DNA of 64,000 bases from an uncultured virus (IMG/VR IMGVR_UViG_3300020037_002893) (lineage: Duplodnaviria > Heunggongvirae > Uroviricota > Caudoviricetes). The stretch's first letter is position 1. Each line of letters begins with the position of its first letter. Shown here in pieces: positions 1-9,417 of this stretch. The notes beneath the pieces are model-generated. The model worked only from the letters and a program-made list of their open reading frames with translations. It made no database searches and had not been told where the DNA came from. The stretch lies in IMG/VR virus record IMGVR_UViG_3300020037_002893, one strand, 5' to 3'. The translations under genes were made by a program, and so were the position numbers.

Positions 1-8
1 TGCAACGT

Positions 9-185
9 TCAGATTTCTCTCCCTTCCTGCGTGCGGATGTGCGTGTAAGGAGGATCTCTTCGGAGCGGGATGCCCACCGCGATCATGCAGCAGGCAAGGC
101 GAACGTCTCTCACTTGGACAACCGTATCACCCTGCTTGAGGGTATCATTGTCGAGATCGTAAAGGGGCTTCGTATCTTCTGGCAT
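9..185 (-). CDS. short ORF downstream of putative tail tube, possibly the N-terminus of an interrupted tail-assembly gene
   Basis: Read by hand: MPEDTKPLYDLDNDTLKQGDTVVQVRDVRLACCMIAVGIPLRRDPPYTHIRTQEGREI then TGA at 9-11; the window edge prevents judging any continuation. Confidence 0.45.
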   Translation of the reverse strand: MPEDTKPLYDLDNDTLKQGDTVVQVRDVRLACCMIAVGIPLRRDPPYTHIRTQEGREI

Positions 186-269
186 AGGTCACACCCCGGC
201 ACTTGACCGAGGGCAGTTAAAACCATGGAAACACGTTCCACGATCTTGGGTTAATAATGGTGTCAGGGC

Positions 270-617
270 TTAGATCCCCGAGTAAGCGGTAGCCTTGAGG
301 CTGGACTTGACGAAATCTTCGTTGCCGTGCTCGATGGTCACTTCATCAAGGTAAATGGTTCCCGCCACGGTGAACGTCCCCGACAAGGTAAGCGTGGTGC
401 CGATATTGGCAGAAGGGGAGGCGAAGGTTCCGAGGCCCTCAATGGAGATTTCGGATGTCTTGTCGTAGTAAGCCACGGCAACGGTAATGCCTTGGCGATC
501 CTTGGCTTCCTTCTTGTTCGACTTGTTCGTGACAGAGACGGATTGCGTGGTGAGAGAGGATTCATCGGCTCCGACCCCAAAGGTGAGGGAGGCTCCAACT
601 ACAGTGGCGGTAGGCAT
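270..617 (-). CDS. putative tail tube / major tail protein
   Basis: T/S/G-rich beta-type protein MPTATVVGASLTFG...SLKATAYSGI following the head-tail genes; start moved to ATG at 617; call is positional. Confidence 0.5.
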   Translation of the reverse strand: MPTATVVGASLTFGVGADESSLTTQSVSVTNKSNKKEAKDRQGITVAVAYYDKTSEISIEGLGTFASPSANIGTTLTLSGTFTVAGTIYLDEVTIEHGNEDFVKSSLKATAYSGI

Positions 618-716
618 GGCTGGCGGTAGGTTATGAGTGGATTGAAATGGAGCCGAATGGCCTGCGATCATTGTTCACGGATTACAATGTCACGCAAGGG
701 GATTTTTTTCTTCCCA

Positions 717-1265
717 TCAAACTGAACTCTCAGCCACCCTGTTTGCTCTGGCGAAAAGATTCGTGTGAAGGATGATCTCCATCCGAACCATGTTCGACAT
801 CTCGGACATAGTGTTTGCGTCCACTCGGAAGTTGACTGGCTTGGACACTGTGCCGTCGAGTAGAGCGTCGATAGTTCCATCCTCCCGAAGCTCAATGGCA
901 TCACGAACCGCTCCTACCCACTCCAGCAGGCCGCGTTTGGCCTGTGCCAAGGAGAAATCTCGTCTCCAGAATCCAAATTCCCTGCGAGCCAAGATCAACA
1001 CGCCGAGAGTCTGCTGGTCAAACTGGTTGGTAGATCCCCTTGTTGCCCATGCGTGCCCTCCGGGGCCAACAGTTTCCTCGTCTGCGTAGTTCAGGAATTG
1101 AAGAAGGGGGAGATGCTCCACCCCGTCAACGTCCAGCTTTCCCTCCCGGTCCAGCCGCATTCCATGAAGTATTTGCCCTGCCCCCATGTGGTAGGTTAGC
1201 CTGTCCTCAATGACAACGAACGGACGCACAAAAGGAGGCACGGAGGGGTCTGTCAAATTGCTCAT
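717..1265 (-). CDS. putative tail terminator / completion protein
   Basis: 182 aa; lies between the neck gene and putative tail tube. Confidence 0.4.
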   Translation of the reverse strand: MSNLTDPSVPPFVRPFVVIEDRLTYHMGAGQILHGMRLDREGKLDVDGVEHLPLLQFLNYADEETVGPGGHAWATRGSTNQFDQQTLGVLILARREFGFWRRDFSLAQAKRGLLEWVGAVRDAIELREDGTIDALLDGTVSKPVNFRVDANTMSEMSNMVRMEIILHTNLFARANRVAESSV

Positions 1266-1274
1266 GGGGTTAGC

Positions 1275-1778
1275 TTAGCGGTTAGCGTGATGTTTGACCA
1301 GAACCCTTGTGACGTGATTCTTGATGTATCGACGGAGACGTTCTCTGGCTAGCGGCTTCTCCTTGCGAAAGATGTGCATTGCCTTGATCCCTCTGACCCT
1401 CTTGGCAAGAACGTAGTCCTTTCCGAACTTCAACGACTTTGTCCATCCCTTCGAGGCACGATAGGTAAGAGGAATGTAAAGGAAGCGAGCCCTGACAGGA
1501 CCGTGAGCCTTGGTGCCCCGCTCCAGGAAGCCCATTACCTCGGATGTGTTCTCGATGGTATAGCCATCTGAATTCTTCGTGACCTGCCACGACTTGGCTG
1601 TTCTTCCGGTAAATCTGACAGGAGTTTTCTTCATCAGGCTGCGCTTTGTTTCATGCGCTGCTCTCGATGTTATTTGAGCCATCTTCTGCGGAGTCAGGGA
1701 TTCCCTAACCACCTTGAGCATCCGAAGCGTGGGTGCCGATGGAATGCTGATCTTCCACGGACGTAGTGTTGCGGCCAT
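1275..1778 (-). CDS. HK97 gp10-like neck / tail-completion protein
   Basis: Basic protein with TPV.TG...SW and FLERGT motifs typical of this family. Confidence 0.6.
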   Translation of the reverse strand: MAATLRPWKISIPSAPTLRMLKVVRESLTPQKMAQITSRAAHETKRSLMKKTPVRFTGRTAKSWQVTKNSDGYTIENTSEVMGFLERGTKAHGPVRARFLYIPLTYRASKGWTKSLKFGKDYVLAKRVRGIKAMHIFRKEKPLARERLRRYIKNHVTRVLVKHHANR

Positions 1779-1781
1779 GGC

Positions 1782-2378
1782 TTAGATGCTGCGTAAGGTC
1801 CAGCGGTTCAAGAGGCGATAGACCTCTGCCGAGATATTGGTATCCAAAAGAGATGTCCGAGTGCCGTCCAATGCCGCCACTTCTTTTCGGTTATCCGCAG
1901 AGAAGGCAGCAGCCACCAGCACCGTGGCACGGGTAATCGCATGTGGAAAGGCTGCGTCAACCGGGGGTGCTGTCGTAACCCCCGTGCCGTATCCGAAGGT
2001 TCCCTTGACAGATACCCAGCCGGATTGGTATTCCACCTTGGGGAGATCCTCCACGTTGACCAACTTCCGCTTCCCTGCCTTGAAGGTATAGTCGTCCGTA
2101 TCCTGGACCACTGTATCGACGGTCAATTCCGTCAACGTCTTGATTGGCCAAGGGAACCAGATTTCATTCCCCAAGATCCAGCGAGGCTCAACTGGTAGGG
2201 CAGTCACTGAGTAATCATGAAAGAGGAAGTCCCGGTGGGTGTAGTCATCCACGAAACGAGACGCCCTGTTGATGCAGTCCTGATGCCACGCAAGAACGTC
2301 CGCATCGGAGTCCGCATCAGTGTTCTTGATTTCTTTCTGGAGCTGTCCCAGAGTGCAATAGGGATTGGAGAGTGCCAT
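1782..2378 (-). CDS. head-tail adaptor (gp6/gp15-like)
   Basis: YCTL.QL...I.RASRFVDDYT.R.F N-terminus, G.FGY, P.AI.RA..L.A and V..LL.RW C-terminus. Confidence 0.7.
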   Translation of the reverse strand: MALSNPYCTLGQLQKEIKNTDADSDADVLAWHQDCINRASRFVDDYTHRDFLFHDYSVTALPVEPRWILGNEIWFPWPIKTLTELTVDTVVQDTDDYTFKAGKRKLVNVEDLPKVEYQSGWVSVKGTFGYGTGVTTAPPVDAAFPHAITRATVLVAAAFSADNRKEVAALDGTRTSLLDTNISAEVYRLLNRWTLRSI

Positions 2379-2419
2379 AGCGTTCCCCCATTCTACGAGG
2401 AATGCCTCGTTGGTCAACC

Positions 2420-2623
2420 CTACTTCGTTGCAATCACTTTCTGCTCCTTGGTCTGAATCATCTTCATAAGCCCCCCGGAGAGATGAGTCAGCTCAAGGGT
2501 TACTTCGTCCAGCTTGGATTGGTCATCCCCAGCCGCGTTGGCCTTGGCGATCATCTCCTGCTTGGCAGGGTAGGAAAGCGAGGGCGATTCCTGAATCATT
2601 CTGATGAGCGTGTTCTTGTTCAT
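2420..2623 (-). CDS. hypothetical protein
   Basis: Short helical ORF tiling the gap between neighbours. Confidence 0.5.
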   Translation of the reverse strand: MNKNTLIRMIQESPSLSYPAKQEMIAKANAAGDDQSKLDEVTLELTHLSGGLMKMIQTKEQKVIATK

Positions 2624-2663
2624 AACGGTGGGTAAAATTTGCAAACGTTTTCAAACAGAGGGG

Positions 2664-3128
2664 TTACTTGGCCTCGTTCCACTTGAGGATTCTGGCGGTT
2701 GCCACCACTGCGTTGGCCATCTCATTGCGGCTTACCCCGGAACCGTAGGGAAGGCTCATGCCGGAAGTTTCTTCCATGGCCTTGACGATCTTCGTAAGCA
2801 CTGGCTTACTCCTGCGGAGCAAACGTGCCCGGAGGTTTCTTTTGTCCCAGTGGATAGTCCGAAGATCAAACAGCTTGTGGTTGGATGGCGCAGGAACCTT
2901 CCTCACTTCCTGCTCCTCTTCTCCATCCTCTACTTCCCCGGAGGCGTCGATGAACCTCCCCCCCTTGATGGATGTTTGATACTCGTCCTCATCAACGTGG
3001 AGAATATCTCCCGGCTTCACGGTGCCGAACCTGCCAATCCTGTCGGGGGAATCCCCAACGAACTGGACAAGGCGAGGGACGAGGGAGACGGGGTCTGTGA
3101 CAGATGGCTTATCTTGGAGAGCATTCAT
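2664..3128 (-). CDS. hypothetical head-region protein, paralogous N-domain with 6917..7324
   Basis: Shares IGRFG.V..G..L.....EY with 6917..7324. Confidence 0.6.
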   Translation of the reverse strand: MNALQDKPSVTDPVSLVPRLVQFVGDSPDRIGRFGTVKPGDILHVDEDEYQTSIKGGRFIDASGEVEDGEEEQEVRKVPAPSNHKLFDLRTIHWDKRNLRARLLRRSKPVLTKIVKAMEETSGMSLPYGSGVSRNEMANAVVATARILKWNEAK

Positions 3129-3269
3129 GGTCCGTTACCCTACAGCATCCGGCTCCAGCAGTCAAAAAGAAACAGGCCCACCCGGTATTACCCGGATGGA
3201 CCTGCCCCATGGTCTGCGGTGCGGAGTCACAGACAAACTCGATCAAGGACTCCCCAAGGGAGCTGGACC

Positions 3270-4979
3270 TTACGCATCATAGTCGCGACCCATGACCACG
3301 TAGGGCAGGGAAGCGGAAGGGGTTTCCAGAGGCTTGAAGTCACGGCGGAAGGAGGCAACCACGATGTTCAACTGCTGCTGAATGTCGCGGTCCACTTCCA
3401 CGGTGAACCCCTTGTGAACGCCCATCATCCAGCTCGGCTTGTGGAGCAGGAGGAAGGAACCCTTGGTGACGGTGGCCCCGTCGTAGATCCCAGCGGAGGT
3501 AAGATCCTCACGGACTTGGGAGCTGGACAGGATGCGGATGCCCCAGATGTTGGGAGCTTCCCCGGTGAGGATACGGGCGACATTGCTGCCGACCTTCTCT
3601 GCGGTGAGCGTCTCATCCAACCCGAGGAAGTCGTTGTAGCCTTGGACGCCTGCGACAAGCACAAGGTCGGAAGATTTCAAGCCCCATCGGCCCATGTCCT
3701 TCTTCAGTTGGAGAACGTTGGCCGAGGAGATACCCCCGGTGGCAAGGCTCCGGGACAACGATCCGGCGTTGGCATATTTGCGCAGCCCCTTGAAGAGTTT
3801 CGCATAGTGAGCCGTGACGGCATGGATGTCGGAGTCCATGTGGGTGCCGGTGGTGTCACCGTTGATGATGGCACCTTCCAGAGCATCAGAGGCGGCACTG
3901 GCAAGGTTCTCAGCCACCCAAGGAAGGACCGGGATGATGCTGTCCTCATCGGCCTCGTAGCTGAACGCGGTCTTCCCAATCAGCTTGGCCGCAACCAGAG
4001 TCATGTTGCCCGTTCCGGGGCTGGACTCGGTCGGGTTGCTGCCGGGGTTCTCAGCACCGACGTAGAACGTGGGCCGAGTCGTCCGAATAGGCATCACGAA
4101 GGTCGGAGTGGGCATGTTGACCTCGCTGGCAATGAACTCCGCAGCGAGGGCAGAGTTCATATACATGCGCTGGAACAGCTCACTGGAAAGGTCCGTTGGG
4201 ACGAAGTGACTGCCGGGAGAAGATCCGCTGGTGACGGTCTTGTTTCCGTAGACGGCTTGGTTCCGCAAGGAAGCAAGATTCTTCTGACCCATGACAATGG
4301 CGTTCCGGAGGATGTCCTCTGGAATGTCAGCGTTCATCTTGGCGAGACGCTCAGCCTCCGTGTCATTCGGGTTGACCCGTTTGACCAGCGTGTTAAGAAG
4401 CTGCTTCTGGCTCACGGAGAGGTTGCCGGAGCGATGCTCGATGGGGAAGTCAATCACGCCTTCGACCTGGAACGCCTTCTTGGAAGGAGAACGGCTCAGC
4501 TCGTTTTTGAGTTCGTCGATGGCCTTGTTGAACTCCTTCACAGAGACGCCCTCTTTCGGAGTGTGCTTCTTGAAGGCTTCGTCGATGGCCTTGGCCAACT
4601 CCTTGCCGTCGATCTTGGCATTGCCGAGGGCTTCCGTGACGGCCTTGCGAATGCTCTCAGCCGTGCCCAATTCCTTCGCCCCGTCAAGGGACTTGGAAAG
4701 GTTGGTCAGCGTGTCGCCTTCGATGCCGAGAGCCTTCATGGCTTCCAGGGTGCTGTCCTTGACGAGAGCCTTCACAGCTTCGGAGGTGAGGACATTATCC
4801 TCGCCTTCCTCGAAGGCTTTCTCAACATCGAAGTCTTCAACCAGAATGGCCTTGGTGTCTTCGCCGAGCTTGGCTGCCTTGGAAAGCAAGCCGTTGTATT
4901 CCTTCTCTTCCGCTTCGGTGCGAGACTCCTGGAGGTGGAGCTGGCGCAACCGAATGACTTCTGCTTTGGTCAGTTTCAT
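3270..4979 (-). CDS. major capsid protein (HK97 fold) with N-terminal delta/scaffold domain
   Basis: Coiled-coil N-terminus, then GSHFVPTDLSSE, KL......S.EADEDS, AIINGD, LFKGL and I.GIRI..S motifs; prohead protease upstream. Confidence 0.9.
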   Translation of the reverse strand: MKLTKAEVIRLRQLHLQESRTEAEEKEYNGLLSKAAKLGEDTKAILVEDFDVEKAFEEGEDNVLTSEAVKALVKDSTLEAMKALGIEGDTLTNLSKSLDGAKELGTAESIRKAVTEALGNAKIDGKELAKAIDEAFKKHTPKEGVSVKEFNKAIDELKNELSRSPSKKAFQVEGVIDFPIEHRSGNLSVSQKQLLNTLVKRVNPNDTEAERLAKMNADIPEDILRNAIVMGQKNLASLRNQAVYGNKTVTSGSSPGSHFVPTDLSSELFQRMYMNSALAAEFIASEVNMPTPTFVMPIRTTRPTFYVGAENPGSNPTESSPGTGNMTLVAAKLIGKTAFSYEADEDSIIPVLPWVAENLASAASDALEGAIINGDTTGTHMDSDIHAVTAHYAKLFKGLRKYANAGSLSRSLATGGISSANVLQLKKDMGRWGLKSSDLVLVAGVQGYNDFLGLDETLTAEKVGSNVARILTGEAPNIWGIRILSSSQVREDLTSAGIYDGATVTKGSFLLLHKPSWMMGVHKGFTVEVDRDIQQQLNIVVASFRRDFKPLETPSASLPYVVMGRDYDA

Positions 4980-5163
4980 CGTAGATGTATTCTATTGGTT
5001 AATCGGATGCGCCTCGCTCAGAAGTGAACAAGGAGATCACTCTGGAAGCGTTCGTGGATTCCCAACTCACGCAAGCAATTTTTACAAAAAAGAAACCAGC
5101 ACGGAGGAGAAGAGAGAATCCCCCGTGCTGGCTCTATCGTTCCCCAAGGAAACTGAGAAGGTG

Positions 5164-5637
5164 TTACGAGGAAGCCCTGCCGATCAAGAAGAGGTCCACG
5201 GTGGGGGTTCCTGCGAGCGAGGTGAGCGTGATCGTTGACGTGGCTCCCACAGTTACCCCAGATGGCCAGTGCGCGATGGCAAGGCCGGAGACAGGGTTCA
5301 GAGTCCCGCTCCAGCTACCCGAGTCCATGTTGGCACACAGGAAGATCACACCGTTAGTGGCGTCAGCATTGCGGAGAGCGATAGTGTAAACTCTGTCCAA
5401 GCCTACGGTTACACCGTCAGAGTCTTTGCCCACCACGGAGTCATGCGTGTTCACATCCGGCTCGTAGATTTTACCACCAACAGCGGTGGTAAGGGACCGA
5501 GTGATAATCACGTCCGCATCCGCAGGGATGGTGAACGAGGTAGACGGAAACCCCAAGCGATAAGACCCGGAGGAGAGGCTATCTCCTGGGGTAATGTCCG
5601 CGTAGAGGTTCAGGGTAAAGACGGCGTTAAGAGTCAT
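5164..5637 (-). CDS. hypothetical virion structural protein
   Basis: T/S/G-rich 157 aa ORF in the head module. Confidence 0.5.
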   Translation of the reverse strand: MTLNAVFTLNLYADITPGDSLSSGSYRLGFPSTSFTIPADADVIITRSLTTAVGGKIYEPDVNTHDSVVGKDSDGVTVGLDRVYTIALRNADATNGVIFLCANMDSGSWSGTLNPVSGLAIAHWPSGVTVGATSTITLTSLAGTPTVDLFLIGRASS

Positions 5638-5696
5638 GGCTGTTTACGGTGTTGAATTAGAGAGGAAGGAAAAACGAAACATGGAAGGGAGCGGTA

Positions 5697-6002
5697 TCAC
5701 TCCTCTGGGGTAGCCTCGACGACAGAAATCGTGACAGACCTGCGTGTCAGCTCATTCTTCTGCCCTAGTGTGGCAGAGAAGTTTGGGGTGACGGTAACTC
5801 CCGGAACTTTCTTCACAAGGAAGAAGTCGGTGTCGGGATCAACCCCGCTGATCTGCCCATCCGAGCTGGACCTTGCCTCCGTCACCCCCAAGGCTGCGAG
5901 GTTCTTGTCCGGGGACTTCTTCGTCACGATGGCCGTCCCTTGTGGAGTGGATGATGCTGTGAACTCTGCCTCTGCTTTCTTTGGTGCGGGTTGGGTAGCC
6001 AT
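5697..6002 (-). CDS. hypothetical protein
   Basis: ORF from MATQPAPKK; tiles between the protease and 5164..5637. Confidence 0.5.
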   Translation of the reverse strand: MATQPAPKKAEAEFTASSTPQGTAIVTKKSPDKNLAALGVTEARSSSDGQISGVDPDTDFFLVKKVPGVTVTPNFSATLGQKNELTRRSVTISVVEATPEE

Positions 6003-6027
6003 GTCGATAGGTTGGTTGGTTGATGTG

Positions 6028-6864
6028 TTAGAATTTCCACGCCTTGGAAAGCGAGAACGCCTTTTCCGCGTCGTCGATAGATAGGCCACGGGTATGGAAA
6101 AGTGCGTCCGGGTTGGCAGGGACAGCAACGAGGGAAATCTCGAAGAGGCGAACAGACACGACCTCCCTTGCATCCTTGTCCGAAAAACGGAAGAACCCCC
6201 CGATGGAGAATGCCCGAAGGTGCTTCTCAGCAATCAGGAAACGAATGGAGCGGAGATCCGGCGCGTTGGAAATGGAAGCTTGCACGGCAAGCCCCGTGGA
6301 AGTCTCAGCCAGCTTGGTAAAGCTCCCCGCGATGCTCTCCACTTGGTTGCGATGGTTCATCAAGAGGACGGGATTGGTCTTGAACTCCGAGAGCGTGTCA
6401 CGGAATGCGCCTGGAAGGATTGCATCCCCATCGCGATCAGCAGGCGTGGTAGACTTGAACGTCGAAGCGAATCCCTCGATTGACAGATTGAGATAGTCTT
6501 GAATGATCTTCTCCTTCGAGTCACGAACGATGGTCATTGCCTTCTCATCTGTGACGATGGTGGGGTTAGCCTCGAAGGCGCGGATGTCGGCCTCCTCATG
6601 CGCCGGAGTGTTCGTCTTTCCAAGCTCATGGAACTTGGCCCCGAAAGGGATCTCCGTCCGGCTCTCCGTGACAAGGAGAATGCCGTCTACCGAAGGGACG
6701 CAGAGCTGAACGAGGTCGTCAGTTCCACGCAATGCCACGAAGCGTTTCCCGGCATGTTCCACGATGCCGAAGACCTTGCGCTCCGAGGCCTTCGGTGTCG
6801 TTGGCTCTGGAGTCTTCCCTTTGGAGGTGGGAGCTTTTTTGTAGACAGCAGGGAAGATAGGCAT
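6028..6864 (-). CDS. HK97-family prohead (maturation) protease
   Basis: IEGFAS, DRDGD.I.PGAF, PVLL.NH, FSIGG and EISLVAVPANP.A motifs. Confidence 0.92.
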   Translation of the reverse strand: MPIFPAVYKKAPTSKGKTPEPTTPKASERKVFGIVEHAGKRFVALRGTDDLVQLCVPSVDGILLVTESRTEIPFGAKFHELGKTNTPAHEEADIRAFEANPTIVTDEKAMTIVRDSKEKIIQDYLNLSIEGFASTFKSTTPADRDGDAILPGAFRDTLSEFKTNPVLLMNHRNQVESIAGSFTKLAETSTGLAVQASISNAPDLRSIRFLIAEKHLRAFSIGGFFRFSDKDAREVVSVRLFEISLVAVPANPDALFHTRGLSIDDAEKAFSLSKAWKF

Positions 6865-6916
6865 GGCGTGGTTGGTATGTTGGATTTGAAAACGTTTGCA
6901 AATAAGCCGCCGAAGG

Positions 6917-7324
6917 TCAGGACTCCAGAGCAGCCTGAGCAGCCTGATACGCTTCGATGCGGTCGATCAAGTCTGCCTTCTTACCATTTGTGGAAAGCTG
7001 CTCCTCCTCTTCGAGATCCTGGTTGATCGTGGCGATGATCTCCTTGAGTTCCGCCACCGTGCAGTCGTCCAGGGATTCTTCATCCGCTTCATCCGCCTCA
7101 TTCTCACCTTCCTGTTCGAGAAGGTCTTCCTCGACCTCGTCAGCAACGATAGTGACTTCTCCCTTTCGGCTGACCTCCACCCAGTTGAGGAACTCATAGC
7201 GGGGGTCTTCCGCAACGCATCGGTATTCTGATTCGTGAAGCAAAAGCTCAGCTCCGGTTTCAACGTTTCCGAACCGTCCGATTTTGTCAGACTGTCCCTT
7301 GTAAACAACAGATGCTTTTCTCAT
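6917..7324 (-). CDS. hypothetical protein with C-terminal SAP/HeH-like helical motif
   Basis: TVAELKEI...LSTNGKKADLIDRI; N-domain paralogous to 2664..3128. Confidence 0.6.
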   Translation of the reverse strand: MRKASVVYKGQSDKIGRFGNVETGAELLLHESEYRCVAEDPRYEFLNWVEVSRKGEVTIVADEVEEDLLEQEGENEADEADEESLDDCTVAELKEIIATINQDLEEEEQLSTNGKKADLIDRIEAYQAAQAALES

Positions 7325-7613
7325 AGGTAGGTTTTTAGTGGTGTAGGATACCATCCTACGAGGATTGAGATTGAACGCAACAAAAAACCCACCCTCGCCA
7401 ATCGCGGCAAAGGTGGGCTTAATCTTGCCCCCCGTTTTGACAAGAGGGGCTTGGAGGTTTAGACCTCCAGAGGAAGGCTTAGTATTTGAGGACTCTCACG
7501 ATCACGTCCCGCACGTCGCTCCCGGTAACAGTGCCCCCGGTAATGACCACCCGAACTGAGTCTCCCCCGGCAATGATGGCAGGCACAGGGACAGTGCGGA
7601 AGTAAACTTCCTG

Positions 7614-8471
7614 CTACGTGGCTCCGTCCGGCACGTCAGTCAGAGCATACGTGCCTTCGGCAACGTCCTGCGAGGCCACCGTATCAGCAGCACCGGCAGT
7701 AAGGGCACGAAAGACTCGGCTATTCTTGAATGGCAGGGCAACCTGGTCATCCATCCCAAGATCCAAGGTATCAACCGTGACCGTAGCCGTGGCTCCGAAG
7801 TCATGCGATGCACTGGTAAGAGTGGCAAAGGCACTGGTCGAGTCATGGGTGTCCGTCCCGGCAACGATGGTAATGACCTCGGAGATGACCTCCCCTTGAG
7901 CATTGGTCCCGTTCAGCGTAACGGTGCCCGCCAGGTCATCTCCTGCGTTATCCACAGTGACCACTCGAATCTTTCTCGGGTGCAGAGGGCTTACCACGCT
8001 GGCAATGGCGCCGGGGGTATTCAACGTGTTATTCTGCGTGCAGAGCCCGGAGGTGGTAGCCGCAGCAACGTCTTCCGTGTAATGATACCCATTGTGGGCA
8101 GTAGCGTCGTAGGAAAAGATGGTGTCAATCTCTCCGGCGGCATTTGCCTCCGCAGCCACGGTGCCTCGTAGGATAGTGGCAGTCGATCCATCATAGGAGG
8201 AAACACCAACACGCGGAGCAGTCGTCACAGCAGAGGGGGCGGTGCGAACCACCGTCTGAACAGACTCCACGATATAGGTGAAGTTCTTGGGCAGGAGAAG
8301 GTCCAGGTTCTGACTCGTCTCGAAGTCCACGTCCTTAACAACGATGGTGGCATGGTAGGGACTTGCTTGTCCTCCAAAGTCAGCTTTCTGGGCATACAGG
8401 GAGGGAGACAGTCCAGCCGTCACGAAGACGGACAGGAGGATGGCTAGTAGTAGGGTCTTTGAGGTTTTCAT
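7614..8471 (-). CDS. putative structural/decoration protein with signal-like N-terminus; frame stays open past TAG to 7479
   Basis: Hydrophobic N-terminus, T/A/D-rich body with V.L.GT.A.G..ISE.I; 44 further sense codons after the TAG. Confidence 0.6.
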   Translation of the reverse strand: MKTSKTLLLAILLSVFVTAGLSPSLYAQKADFGGQASPYHATIVVKDVDFETSQNLDLLLPKNFTYIVESVQTVVRTAPSAVTTAPRVGVSSYDGSTATILRGTVAAEANAAGEIDTIFSYDATAHNGYHYTEDVAAATTSGLCTQNNTLNTPGAIASVVSPLHPRKIRVVTVDNAGDDLAGTVTLNGTNAQGEVISEVITIVAGTDTHDSTSAFATLTSASHDFGATATVTVDTLDLGMDDQVALPFKNSRVFRALTAGAADTVASQDVAEGTYALTDVPDGAT

Positions 8472-8547
8472 TACTATGCTGGTTTGGTGGTTGATTACTT
8501 TTGCAACTGGACATTACGGGAATTGTTTTTCCACGCAACAAAATTTC

Positions 8548-9417
8548 CTATTCCTCCGAGGCACCCGCACCTTGCTCCGGGCCTCCGTTGAATCCAGAGT
8601 CAAAGAAGTAAGAAGGCACGATGACCCCCGTGTGATTGATGTGGAACTGCAACTGTCCCATATCCTGTGTGGGGACGTTCTGAATATTGCAAGTGGGCAC
8701 CCCCTTATAGGTAGGGATTCCGGGTTCTATTGCCTTGCATCCTGAGACGGACACATGACTCACTTTTCCCTCTGCCTGTAGGACATGCCGGGTAACTGCA
8801 TCAGCAATCCTGCCTGACTCCGTGCGAACGATGGTGGCAATCCTGCTCTTGGTCATCGTGGGGAATTTCTTCCTCATATAGGCCAGCGTCTCCCTCGGGC
8901 TGTGCTGATACTGGTAGATGGATTTCCGCATCTCCCTGCTGAGCATCTTCTTCGTGTAGTCGGAGACTCCCGAGATGTTCTTGGCCACCTGGGTTCCCGT
9001 CTCTCTCAGTGCCTTATCCACTCTCCACTTGCTTGGCTTCTTCCCATCAATCAACACGGAGTAACCCCTATGCAGGCGCGTGGCTGGAACCTTCACCGCT
9101 GGGAAGGCTTTCATCTGGACGGACAGCTTGAACTCTGACGTGGCTTGATTAATCGCAGCCTGCCATAAATCCTCCGTGCTTTCCTTCCTTGCCTTGGACA
9201 AATTATTGACCAACTCAAAGAGACGATTTTCAAGGGTGCGAAACTCGGCAACCAGCATTGCCGTGTAATTTCTCTGCATGGTAAGCTTCGCGCTCTGCCA
9301 CTCCCTCACCCAGTCACGCAGGAGCCATCGACCGGCAGGCCCATTGAATGCCTCCTGCGTCCATCCTCCGGGAGGAAAATATATCGGGGGTTCTTCCATA
9401 CATTCAAGGAGTGGCAC
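8548..9417 (-). CDS. head morphogenesis protein (SPP1 gp7 / Mu F-like)
   Basis: SRIATIVRTE motif and C-terminal H.NH.G; lies between portal and protease. Confidence 0.7.
   Translation of the reverse strand: MPLLECMEEPPIYFPPGGWTQEAFNGPAGRWLLRDWVREWQSAKLTMQRNYTAMLVAEFRTLENRLFELVNNLSKARKESTEDLWQAAINQATSEFKLSVQMKAFPAVKVPATRLHRGYSVLIDGKKPSKWRVDKALRETGTQVAKNISGVSDYTKKMLSREMRKSIYQYQHSPRETLAYMRKKFPTMTKSRIATIVRTESGRIADAVTRHVLQAEGKVSHVSVSGCKAIEPGIPTYKGVPTCNIQNVPTQDMGQLQFHINHTGVIVPSYFFDSGFNGGPEQGAGASEE

Noticed and set aside
2604..5027. 807-aa plus-strand ORF
   Set aside because: Antisense shadow of the capsid gene caused by codon bias; no recognisable motifs. The same applies to 30802..32010, 39638..40789 and 52561..53601
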